A stretch of DNA of 64,000 nucleotides from an uncultured Hormoscilla sp. (lineage in GTDB: Bacteria; Cyanobacteriota; Cyanobacteriia; Cyanobacteriales; Desertifilaceae), in contig OZ001293.3 of NCBI GenBank assembly GCA_963921275.4, positions 5,920,001 to 5,984,000 of the forward strand. The letters are read 5' to 3'. Made by a program: the position numbers and the translations under genes. Within the stretch, counting starts at the first letter, position 1. Every line of letters begins with the position of its first letter. Below the pieces are notes generated by a model. That model saw only the letters and a program-made list of their open reading frames with translations, was not told the origin of the DNA and did no database searches. Positions 1 to 9,467 of the stretch are shown here, in pieces.

Positions 1-111
1 TACCCAATCACAGGATCTTTGTTGAAGGGGATGGGTCTGATACCAAATTGGTTTGGCTCTAGGAGGGTTCAACCCCTGGCTAATTGTTGTATTTTACGGC
101 GATTATGAATT

Positions 112-546
112 ATGGAACCTTTAACGATGGCGGCTGTAGCTATTGGAACTGTATTAGCTACGAAAGCATTGGAAAAAACAGGAGAAAAAGTTGGAGAAGC
201 AGTATTTGACCAGACTGCAAAGTTTCTAGAATCGCTCAAGCAAGAGTCTCCAGGTACTATGATAGCCATTGAGCAGGCTCCAGAACTACCTTTAGATTAT
301 GGTAAAGCAGTGCTGGAGATAGAAGCAGCAGCAAAAATCAATCCTCAACTTGCCCAAGGGATGCAGGAATTGGTAACAACAGCAGAAGCTGAGGGAAATC
401 CCAAGCTAGATGAAGTTCTCCAAGAAATTAAAGATACGCTGAATGATCGACAAGCATCCATGTCTAAATTGGATAAATTTGCAGATAAAATCGGGCAATT
501 TGTCCAAGCTGGCAGTACGGGTAAAATTGAACATCAGAGCTTTTAA
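112..546 (+). CDS. Small cyanobacterial hypothetical protein preceding a NACHT/HEAT gene
   Basis: 144-aa ORF; clear paralogue at 46203-46637 (shared PELPLDYGKAVLEIE...NPQLAQ.MQEL). Confidence 0.7.
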   Translation: MEPLTMAAVAIGTVLATKALEKTGEKVGEAVFDQTAKFLESLKQESPGTMIAIEQAPELPLDYGKAVLEIEAAAKINPQLAQGMQELVTTAEAEGNPKLDEVLQEIKDTLNDRQASMSKLDKFADKIGQFVQAGSTGKIEHQSF

Positions 547-710
547 TTAAAAGTTGTTTGCGCCAGTTATTGATGCTAGGCCGCCCTCCTGGAAGTTATA
601 GCAAGCCCAAATGATTTGGGAGGGCGGTTATCGCTGAAGGATTTAGGCTAGGGTTATTGAATGTCGAAAATGGGGGGATGTAAGATATATTGGGAAAATT
701 GGTATTAGCT

Positions 711-2048
711 ATGAATAGAGAATATGGTAATTTTGCTGATAAAATAGGTGCTTTCGCTGCTCCAGGCGGTAAAGTTCATATTGAAAACCAAACTATTATT
801 GTTTCCGAGCAGGATGGGAGGAGCGAAGGACGGAGAGACTGGCAATCAATCAATGCTGGAATGCTCAATACGGTAATCACTGGCAATTATCTGTACAAAC
901 CAGTGCAGAAGCAGCAGTGTGAGAAGGAAGATTTCTTGAGGGAAAGAATAGCCCAAGAAAAAACCAAGGGAAAGGAAATTGCTTTGATTGGGGAAATGGG
1001 TGTGGGTAAAACTATGCTGGTCCAGGAGATTACAGAATGTGAGTTGGAGCAAAAGTTAGGCTTGGAGGTCGAAAATTTGATAGCAGAAAGAGTAGAAAAT
1101 ATGGGCAAAAAATATCAGGTGAATATCGCCGAGTTAGTGCAACAGTATGATCGATGGGAATTAACTAGCAGGGAAGCAGCAGAAAGATTAGGGAAAATTG
1201 ACACGGTATCGACGATCGCGGGATTAGTGCAACTGCTCCAGAAGACGAGAAATGAAGAAACCCGCAGAAAAGTAGCAGAAATATTAGGGGAAATAGGGAA
1301 GGGGGATTCAGAGGCGATCGCGGGATTAATGCAACTGCTCCAGGATACTAGAAATGAAAACACGCGCCAGGAAGTAGCACGAAGCTTGGGGAACATTGGC
1401 AATGGTGACTCAGAGGCGATCGCGGGATTAGTGCAACTGCTCCAGAAGACGAGAAATGAAGAAACCCGCAGAAAAGTAGCAGAAATATTAGGGGAAATAG
1501 GGAAGGGGGATTCAGAGGCGATCGCGGGATTAGTGCAACTGCTCCAGGATACGAGAAATGAAAACACGCGCCAGGAAGTAGCACGAAGCTTGGGGAACAT
1601 TGGCAATGGTGACTCAGAGGCGATCGCGGGATTAGTGCAACTGCTCCAGAAGACGAGAAATGAAGAAACCCGCAGAAAAGTAGCAGAAATATTAGGAAAA
1701 ATAGGGAAGGGGGATTCAGAGGCGATCGCGGGATTAGTGCAACTGCTCCAGGATACGAGAAATGAAAACACGCGCCAGGAAGTAGCACGAAGCTTAGGGA
1801 ACATTAGCAATGGTGACTCAGAGGCGATCGCGGGATTAGTGCAACTGCTCCAGGATACGATTAATAAAGAAACTCACAGTCAAGTAGCAGAAATCTTAGG
1901 AAAAATTGGCAATAGTTCCTTAGAAACTATCGCAGCTTTACTGGAACTGTTACAGTCATCTCAAGAAGAAGTAAACAACTGGAAATTAGGAGCAAGTTTG
2001 GGATTTTTTGGCATCGGATCTCGGTCTGCGATCTCGGCTTTAGAATAA
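711..2048 (+). pseudogene. HEAT-repeat protein with only a remnant of a NACHT/P-loop NTPase domain
   Basis: Walker A-like IALIGEMGVGKT with no further NTPase motifs; then 34-aa HEAT-like repeats (102-bp period, 1213-1860, alternating A/B units); stops early at 2046. Confidence 0.65.
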
Positions 2049-2191
2049 CTTATCTCGTCGTATATATTGGAAATAATATTTGCATAATTAGCAGGTATTC
2101 TATAGAGATCCTAAATACTAGTGTAGAAGCTTGCTACGGGCGGCGGAGCCGCGAAAATTGGTTGCTAGTCTGGAGACTAGCAAATTATGCT

Positions 2192-2362
2192 TCAACGAGG
2201 GCTGGTCCCTCGACTTTTATCTCCCAAACGCTGCAAAGACTTACTTTCCGACCTACTCAACCCGAGCAAAAATGGCAATTTTTCCTTGATGGTAGCGATG
2301 GCGGCGAGAACAGCCAGTTTATCTTCAGGGGATAAACTGGCACTAATGCGATTTTCGGTCAT
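2192..2362 (-). pseudogene. 5' fragment of the 160-aa hypothetical gene family (see 26439-26921)
   Basis: MTENRISASLSPEDK...IKEKLPFLLGLS...RLGDKSRG matches the N-terminus of the 26921 ORF, then breaks off. Confidence 0.8.
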
Positions 2363-2396
2363 CTTCTCCAACTCCGAGGGATGAATAAAAATCAAT

Positions 2397-2551
2397 TATA
2401 GCGTTTCTCAAATTGATGTGGTATCGCCTATTTGTCATTGCGATTTTTCGCGCAGCGTGGGGGGGAGACTAGCGAGTAACTTATGCTTGATGAGCTACCC
2501 CCCCGAAGCAATCTCCGAGAGCATATCACACTAAGAAATAGAACTGCTATA
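2397..2551. mobile_element. MITE-like element with TATAGC ends enclosing a GTCATTGCGA...GAAGCAATCTC repeat
   Basis: Imperfect inverted ends tatagcgtttct... / ...agaactgctata. Confidence 0.45.
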
Positions 2552-2822
2552 TAACCTCACGGCCCTAATTTCCCCACCCCCAGGGAAAGCATAGCATGTA
2601 AAAGCCTGATGGTGAAAATTTTCGATTTTTCGCGTAGCGTGGGTTGGAGCCCGAGAAGAGCTGGGAGTACAGTGTCAATTTCGCCCTTGTGAAGTGCTAA
2701 TATTATACAGAAATCATCCCTCTGAGTAATCACAGGTAATGTAGAGTAAAATATCTAGGAAAGATCGGGAATAAGAAAAGAGATATGACAGAAACTTGGA
2801 TATAGTATAGGAGATTTTGCTC

Positions 2823-3539
2823 GTGATTTACCAGATAAAAAACAGCCCGCTAGATAATTCTCTAGGTTGGACCGAAAATCGGAAAACGCCTCCCCTGGAA
2901 AGTGGCGATCGCCTCTCACGTCCAGAATTTGAGCGTCGCTACGCAGCCATGCCCGAAGGTCAAAAAGCAGAACTAATTGAAGGAGTAGTATACTTGGCAT
3001 CACCATTACGCTTTGAGAGTCATGCTGAACCCCACGCATCAATTATTACCATGCTGGGAATTTATCAAATCAGTACCCCTAGAGTCAGGTTAGGAATTGA
3101 GCCGACGGTACTGCTGGATCTAGACAACGAACCTCAGCCTGATGGAGTTTTGCTTTTGGACGAAAGGGTAGGAGGGCGATCGCGTTTGCTGGAGTCAGAT
3201 TACATTGAAGGAGCACCGGAACTGGTAGTAGAAGTAGCAGCTAGCAGTGCTGCTAGGGACTTGCACGACAAGCAGCGGGCTTATCGGCGCAACGGCATTC
3301 AAGAATACATTGTTTGGCAGATTTTTGAGAACCAGCTAGACTGGTGGCAGCTAGTGGATGGGGAATATGTGGCCCTGGAACGAGACTCGGAAGGTATAAT
3401 AAAGAGTCAGGTATTCCCAGGATTGTGGTTGGATGTATTGGCATTGCTGGATGGAAACATGAGTCAGATAATGGGGGTATTGCAGCAAGGATTGAATTCC
3501 CCAGAACATGATAATTTTGTGCGCCGCTTGTCCGAGTAA
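2823..3539 (+). CDS. Uma2 family (DUF820) putative restriction endonuclease
   Basis: AELIEGVVY, EPQPDG, APELVVEVA, D...K...Y.RNGIQEY motifs; GTG start after AGGAG. Confidence 0.9.
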   Translation: MIYQIKNSPLDNSLGWTENRKTPPLESGDRLSRPEFERRYAAMPEGQKAELIEGVVYLASPLRFESHAEPHASIITMLGIYQISTPRVRLGIEPTVLLDLDNEPQPDGVLLLDERVGGRSRLLESDYIEGAPELVVEVAASSAARDLHDKQRAYRRNGIQEYIVWQIFENQLDWWQLVDGEYVALERDSEGIIKSQVFPGLWLDVLALLDGNMSQIMGVLQQGLNSPEHDNFVRRLSE

Positions 3540-3825
3540 GAACGATAAGCAGTAGGTTGGGTTTCGTGCCTCAACCCAACCGATAAATGTTGTTGGCGTT
3601 GAACAGGGAGTGCGATCGAGCCCTCTGAGTAATAACCGGTAATGTAGCGGAAAATGTCTAGCAAAGATCCTGAAAACGTCCACGTTGCCACAGATCGGCA
3701 AAAGTGTCGGGATATGGCACGCAAGTATAGATGGAAACTAAAAGCAATTAGACCAACACGCGATCGCATTCTGAAAGTTGATTGCGTGTTCGATGGAGAA
3801 CAAACTTCATTTTAGGAAGAGAGAT

Positions 3826-4194
3826 ATGACTGAAACTTGGATAATTTACAAAGCGGAAACAATTGAGGATCCAGAATGGGAAAAACGCCAACTGATGCCC
3901 TCTGGCTCTCTGACTGATATACTATGGGAAAACTGGGATTATTCTGGAAGCTTGCCAGCAGTGGGCGATCGCATACGAGAATACTTACAAGATAAAGAAA
4001 CCGGAAAAGTTACCCACGCCCGGGATGGAGATTGGGTAGTAACGCAGATGCATCAGTTTAACTCCATTAACACGGAGATGCGCATCGTCGTTTGTTATTG
4101 CCAGTTCCAAGCGATCGACCGCCAATGGGAACAGTTGCAACGGGGCAAACCTGTAGATGAAATCCTATCTGCTGAAGTTGTAGAAGTTAGGTGA
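3826..4194 (+). CDS. Hypothetical protein
   Basis: ATG after a purine-rich RBS; its 3' end is duplicated at about 49597-49680 and its first codons at about 2785. Confidence 0.6.
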   Translation: MTETWIIYKAETIEDPEWEKRQLMPSGSLTDILWENWDYSGSLPAVGDRIREYLQDKETGKVTHARDGDWVVTQMHQFNSINTEMRIVVCYCQFQAIDRQWEQLQRGKPVDEILSAEVVEVR

Positions 4195-4403
4195 ATTTCA
4201 TATCTTGCACCATTGGAAATAAGCCCTACGGCCCTGGAGTTTTTGTTCGCGATCGCCCTATCGCTTGATAGACATGATATACTATCAACTAATGCCTGTC
4301 AAGTGATACAGCCTGATGGTATTCGTCATAATCAGAATCTCTATGCTATAATCAAGTCAGAGGAGGTCGGAGTAAAATCACGTCATCAACTCCGCATCAG
4401 TAA

Positions 4404-4823
4404 ATGGGAAGAATTACAACAACGCTAGCGGTCACGAATCGTGCTGACCAAATTCTGGCAACAAGAGATATGATAACCCCAGAACAAGTCCGATCGATTA
4501 CCCTAGAGAATGTGCTCGTGGATATAGGTGCGACCACATTGTGCTTGCCCAAAGAGACGATCGCATCTTTAGGACTGGAATTGTTAAAGGAAGTTGATGT
4601 GGAAACGGCAAGTGGCATTGGTAAAGCCAGGATATTTCAAGATGCGAAGATTTCGTTATTATCACGAGAAGGGACATTTGAATGTTTAGAACTACCCGGT
4701 GGAAGTTCTCCATTACTTGGTGTCATCCCCTTGGAAGCATTAGGAATAGAACTGGACTTAAAGAACCAAAGGTTAGAGCCGTTACCCATTAGTCCGACAC
4801 AAACATATCTGACAATCCTCTAA
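4404..4823 (+). CDS. Clan AA (retropepsin-like) aspartic protease family protein
   Basis: VLVDIGAT (D-[T/S]-G variant) and LLGVIPLE motifs. Confidence 0.8.
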   Translation: MGRITTTLAVTNRADQILATRDMITPEQVRSITLENVLVDIGATTLCLPKETIASLGLELLKEVDVETASGIGKARIFQDAKISLLSREGTFECLELPGGSSPLLGVIPLEALGIELDLKNQRLEPLPISPTQTYLTIL

Positions 4824-4987
4824 TATCAAGTCCGGATGATTAACCATAATAAAACAATATCTTCGTAGGTTAGGTAGAGCGGCTACGCGCCAGCGAAACC
4901 CAACAGGGCTTACCAAAGTTGGGTTTCGTGCCTCTACCCAACCTACGGGCGATAAAATTTTTATTATGATTTAATCGGACATGATAT
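4823..4987. repeat. MITE/REP doublet (GTAG-hairpin pair within imperfect inverted ends)
   Basis: gtaggttaggtagag...aaacccaac and gttgggtttcgtgcctctacccaacctac are inverted; same REP family at about 3551, 44332, 48296 and 49799. Confidence 0.55.
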
Positions 4988-5120
4988 AATAAAGCTTAAT
5001 AAACAATGTTTTTAGTCGGTTTTCAACCGACTTTAGCCTCGTTCCCTGGCTCCCGCCTGGGAACGCGGGGGTTTGAACCCCCTGCGGGCTATCGGGTTGA
5101 CTAATATCGCAAATCAGAAG

Positions 5121-6081
5121 CTAATTGAGATTCCACGTAATAATTTCCTGTTCGACAGTTTCAATAGCAGCCATGATACTATTTTCCGGAGCATAGAGAA
5201 TGGACATTTTCACCTCCTGCAAGTAATCAGAAATATTTTCCCGCAACAGGGGGCGAGATGCTGCTACCATGCGATTGTAGTCCCAGAGGTCCCAAATCAC
5301 GATGCCAATACCCAGAAGGGGGTCTAAAACTTGAGCCCCCACCTTACGGCCCCTCCAGCTTTAGCTGCGATTTTCGCAGCAGCTTTACCCGCAAAAGTCA
5401 GAGCAATTTTACCCCCGATCGCGGCGGTAGAAACGATTAGCACCTCATTAGTAAGACTTTCTGGGGAAAGACTAGATTTACTATTTCCCGTATCGTAAAC
5501 CAGAGTAGCCAGGTCATTTAAGTATCTTTCCCAATCCCCATCGGGAATCTGATAGGTAGATTTAACTTGGGCAAACTTCATCCCCAGTGCGGAAGCATAG
5601 TTGCGACCGACTCTAGCTGCCAATTCTCTTAAATATTTCCCTCCCGCTTCTGGGTCGAGAACCAGTTGGTTAAACTTCCGTTCAAAATCAGCAACCAGTT
5701 TTTCTTGATAAGCCCGATCGGGATTTAACTTTTTATCCCGTTCCGACCTGAATCTATTTAAGGCATAATCTCCCGCCAAGAACAGCCAAGTAAAAGGGGC
5801 GCTGAACTCCATTTTTTCTGATGCAAGTAGCTGAAATACCAATTGAGAAATCGATCGTCAACCTTCTGCATCAAATCATCTAGCCAACGGTCTAACTCAT
5901 AAGTAGCAAATTCCTCAGTGCTATCATGGGCAGTCCTGACCGCTTCGATCGGATATCGATCGACTTCAGACCAGTCCCTATCTGAATTCATGGCAGCGGC
6001 CTCCGGCACCAGAGTCCCTAAAGCTATGGCTACAGTTATCATCAGAGAGACAAGCTGCTTGCCCACTCGGTTGTAAAGCAT
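5121..6081 (-). pseudogene. Frameshifted paralogue of the adjacent 397-aa gene
   Basis: Three ORF pieces (5758-6081, 5324-5842, 5121-5342) align in order to 6081-7274 (DDRFL.WYF, YQIP..DW.RYL, LDP..GIGI.IWD.WDY). Confidence 0.8.
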
Positions 6082-7274
6082 TATCTCGCTCCCGCACTTA
6101 TTGATGGTAAAATATTCTTCTCTATTTCCCCGATCTCCTTCATTATCCCATTTTCCGAATTATAGAGCAAAGAATACTTTACTTCCTGCAAGTAATCAGC
6201 AATATTGTCATGTAAAATTGGTCGATCTACTTTAACTGTGTTATGATAGTCCCAGACATCCCAAATGATAATGCCAATGCCGACGATCGGGTCTAAAAGT
6301 TGCGATCCGATTTTGCCTGCCAGAGTAGCGCCTGTTTTGCTCGCAATTTTAGCCCCCGCCTTACCAGAGAGTTTCGCCACCACCTTACTGCCGATTTTAG
6401 CAGCGATCGGGATAACCAAAGGCTTCAGAGCCAAATAACCGCCTCCAGCAGCCAAGAGTTTGAGGGAAAGATTAGAGACATTTCCTTGGGTATCATTAAT
6501 AGCGATCGCAATCTCACTCAGATATCGGTCCCAGTCAGCCTGGGGAATTTTGTAACTACCTTGAATTTGCTGAATATGATCGCTCAAAGCATCCAGGTAA
6601 TGCTTAACAGTTGCTTGGGTTAAGCGTTCCAGCCTCAGTTGAGCAATAGTTGGTCTAAGTACCCGTCTGGCAAATTCTTGCTGGAAATCAGAGGTAATTA
6701 CTTCCGCCACCTTTTCCTCGGGAGTAGGATTATCGGGGTTCAGCAAACGAACTGCACCAGCAGATAATTGCACGAAAAAGCTCTTAAATTCCAATTGCTT
6801 CTGGTTGAAATAGCCGAAATACCAATCTAAAAATCGATCGTCCACCCGGTCGATTAATTCCTCAACCCAGAGATCCAGTTCTCCAGAGGCATAATTTTCG
6901 GCACTGGCACGGGCCTCACTCAGGGCCTCTACCATTGCCCGATCGACTTGACTCCAGTCAGGCTTTTCCACAACAACAACTTCAGTCTTTTCTGGCACAT
7001 CTGTTGCCGTAGAGAATGCTTGGGAAATAAAGAATTGACCCAGCAGGGGAATGAGAACTACCAAAATCACGATCGCCCAGACGATCGGGGTAACAGACTT
7101 AATTAGTTGCACCCAAGAGCGGATCCGGTCCGTTTTCTGGGCATAACTACCTTCTTTTTCTGCCGTCAACTTTTGCTCTTCATTCTTAGAGTCTGTTTTT
7201 TCTATTATTTGCTGTTGTTCTTCATTCACAGTAATATTTCCCCAGACGATCTGCGTAAGGTGGGCAATGCCCAC
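6081..7274 (-). CDS. Hypothetical membrane-anchored protein
   Basis: 397-aa ORF with an N-terminal hydrophobic helix and a Gly/Ala/Lys-rich amphipathic segment; start uncertain. Confidence 0.7.
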   Translation of the reverse strand: MGIAHLTQIVWGNITVNEEQQQIIEKTDSKNEEQKLTAEKEGSYAQKTDRIRSWVQLIKSVTPIVWAIVILVVLIPLLGQFFISQAFSTATDVPEKTEVVVVEKPDWSQVDRAMVEALSEARASAENYASGELDLWVEELIDRVDDRFLDWYFGYFNQKQLEFKSFFVQLSAGAVRLLNPDNPTPEEKVAEVITSDFQQEFARRVLRPTIAQLRLERLTQATVKHYLDALSDHIQQIQGSYKIPQADWDRYLSEIAIAINDTQGNVSNLSLKLLAAGGGYLALKPLVIPIAAKIGSKVVAKLSGKAGAKIASKTGATLAGKIGSQLLDPIVGIGIIIWDVWDYHNTVKVDRPILHDNIADYLQEVKYSLLYNSENGIMKEIGEIEKNILPSISAGAR

Positions 7275-7281
7275 CCTACTT

Positions 7282-9357
7282 TCAATTCTTCATTTTCATA
7301 TCCATCACCCGCATCAGAAAAGCAAACTGATCGGCAATTTCCTTGATCATCTTAGCAGTAGGCTTGCCACCACCATGTCCCGCCTTAGTTTCAATTCTGA
7401 TTAACACGGGATTTTCACCCTCGTGGGCCTCCTGCAAAGCCGCAGCAAACTTAAAACTATGAGCAGGAACCACCCGATCGTCATGATCTGCCGTAGTAAT
7501 CAGAGTTGCTGGGTAAGCCGTGCCAGGTTTAAGATTATGCAAGGGCGAATAAGCATAGAGGGCCTTAAACTCCTCGGGGTCATCAGGAGAACCGTAATCA
7601 GAACACCAAGCCCAGCCAATGGTAAACTTATGGAAGCGCAGCATATCCAGCACCCCCACAGCTGGTAGCACCGCCGCAAACAGATCGGGGCGTTGGGTCA
7701 TGCAAGCACCTACCAATAAACCCCCATTACTGCCGCCAGCAATTGCTAGCTTTGCAGAACTCGTATACTTGCGATCGATCAGCCACTCAGCCGCCGCGAT
7801 AAAATCATCAAATACATTCTGCTTCTGTAGCTTCGTCCCCGCCTGGTGCCATTCCTCACCGTACTCGCCACCGCCACGCAAATTCGGAACCGCATAGACA
7901 CCACCCATCTCCATCCACACCAGATTAGAGATGGAGAAATTGGGCGTCAGCGAGATATTAAAGCCACCATAGCCATAGAGGTAAGTAGGATTATTCCCAT
8001 CTAACTGCAACCCTTTTTTGTGGGTAATAAACATCGGGACTTTGGTCCCATCCTTGCTGCTATAGAAAATCTGCTGCGTCTCGTAATCATCTGGGTTAAA
8101 ATCCACCTGGGGTTGCCGATAGATGGTACTTTCGTCCGTTACCAGATCGTAGCGGTAAATAGTTCCCGGTGTGGTGAAACCGGTAAACATGTAAAAGGTT
8201 TCCCGGTCATGACGCTTACCATCAAATCCCCCAACAGAACCAATTCCCGGCAATTTTACCTCTCGCACAAAAGTCCCGTCCAGGTCAAAAATCTTGACAA
8301 GCGATCGGGCATCTTTCAGGTAATTCACCACAAACTGATTATGCAATATTCCCACATCTTCCAGCACTTCCGATGCTTGGGGGATAACTTCTTGCCAATT
8401 TGCGCGATCGGGCCGTTCTACATCAATAGCAATTATCCGACTCCGGGGCGCATCCAAATCAGTCATTAACCAGAACCGAGAGCCCTCATTATCGATCAAA
8501 CTATAGCTAGCCTCGAACTCGCCAATCAGTTCTACTACCGGTGCTTCTGGTTTGCTTAAATCCCGATAGAAAAGCAAATTTCTGGGATACGTTCCTCGCC
8601 CGACGCTAATAATTAAATAACGTCCATCCTCAGTTACATTACCACTAAACATCCATTCCTTGTGGTCAGGACGTTCGTAAATCAGCACGTCCTCTGATTG
8701 GGGTTGATCCAGCTGATGATAATAAAGCTTCTGGTAATAATTGACATCTTCCAACTTAGTCGCATCATTTGGTTCGTCGTAGCGACTGTAGAAAAAACCC
8801 TTACCATCCTTAGTCCAAGCTGCGCCAGAAAATTTCACCCATTTAATCAAATCTGGTAAATCCTCACCCGTTTCCACATCCTGCACGTGCCATTCTTGCC
8901 AATCAGAACCCGAAGTAGACAGGCCATAAGCTATTAACTTCCCATCTTCAGTAATTGCTGTCCCCGATAGGGCGATCGTACCATCATCCGAGAGAGTATT
9001 CGGGTCCAGCAGCACCCGGGGTTCGCCCTCCAAGTCCGTTAAAGTGTAAAGGACAGATTGATTTTGCAGACCTGTATTGCGGGAATAAAAATAGCGATCG
9101 CCCCGCTGGAAAGGAATCCCATATTTTTCAAAATCCCACAGCTTTCTCAGCCGCTGCTGAAGTCCAGATCGGGCTTTAATTGCACCCAGATAACCAAAAG
9201 TCACCCGATTTTGAGCCTCAACCCAAGCCTTAGTTTCTTCCGAGTCTGGGTCTTCTAGCCATCTATAAGGGTCTGGCACCCGAACACCGTGGTAATCATC
9301 AATTTGGTCAACTTTGCGGCTGACTGGATAGACGATATGTTGCCTTGCATCTGACAT
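7282..9357 (-). CDS. Prolyl oligopeptidase (peptidase S9A)
   Basis: DPYRWLED N-terminus, GGSNGG nucleophile, DHDDRV and AGHG triad motifs. Confidence 0.97.
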   Translation of the reverse strand: MSDARQHIVYPVSRKVDQIDDYHGVRVPDPYRWLEDPDSEETKAWVEAQNRVTFGYLGAIKARSGLQQRLRKLWDFEKYGIPFQRGDRYFYSRNTGLQNQSVLYTLTDLEGEPRVLLDPNTLSDDGTIALSGTAITEDGKLIAYGLSTSGSDWQEWHVQDVETGEDLPDLIKWVKFSGAAWTKDGKGFFYSRYDEPNDATKLEDVNYYQKLYYHQLDQPQSEDVLIYERPDHKEWMFSGNVTEDGRYLIISVGRGTYPRNLLFYRDLSKPEAPVVELIGEFEASYSLIDNEGSRFWLMTDLDAPRSRIIAIDVERPDRANWQEVIPQASEVLEDVGILHNQFVVNYLKDARSLVKIFDLDGTFVREVKLPGIGSVGGFDGKRHDRETFYMFTGFTTPGTIYRYDLVTDESTIYRQPQVDFNPDDYETQQIFYSSKDGTKVPMFITHKKGLQLDGNNPTYLYGYGGFNISLTPNFSISNLVWMEMGGVYAVPNLRGGGEYGEEWHQAGTKLQKQNVFDDFIAAAEWLIDRKYTSSAKLAIAGGSNGGLLVGACMTQRPDLFAAVLPAVGVLDMLRFHKFTIGWAWCSDYGSPDDPEEFKALYAYSPLHNLKPGTAYPATLITTADHDDRVVPAHSFKFAAALQEAHEGENPVLIRIETKAGHGGGKPTAKMIKEIADQFAFLMRVMDMKMKN

Positions 9358-9467
9358 AGTATGGTATTCCTAATCGAGTTTGAAGTTTACGGACTTAAGC
9401 CCGCGCAGGCGGGCTTTGTTTCTGTAGCCCTACCCTTTAGGGGTGGGGGTTAGGGGGAGGGTAACTA

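Noticed and set aside
1115..1810. Long antisense ORFs opposite HEAT, TPR, MCP and other genes
   Set aside because: Shadow frames of repetitive or well-supported coding strands.
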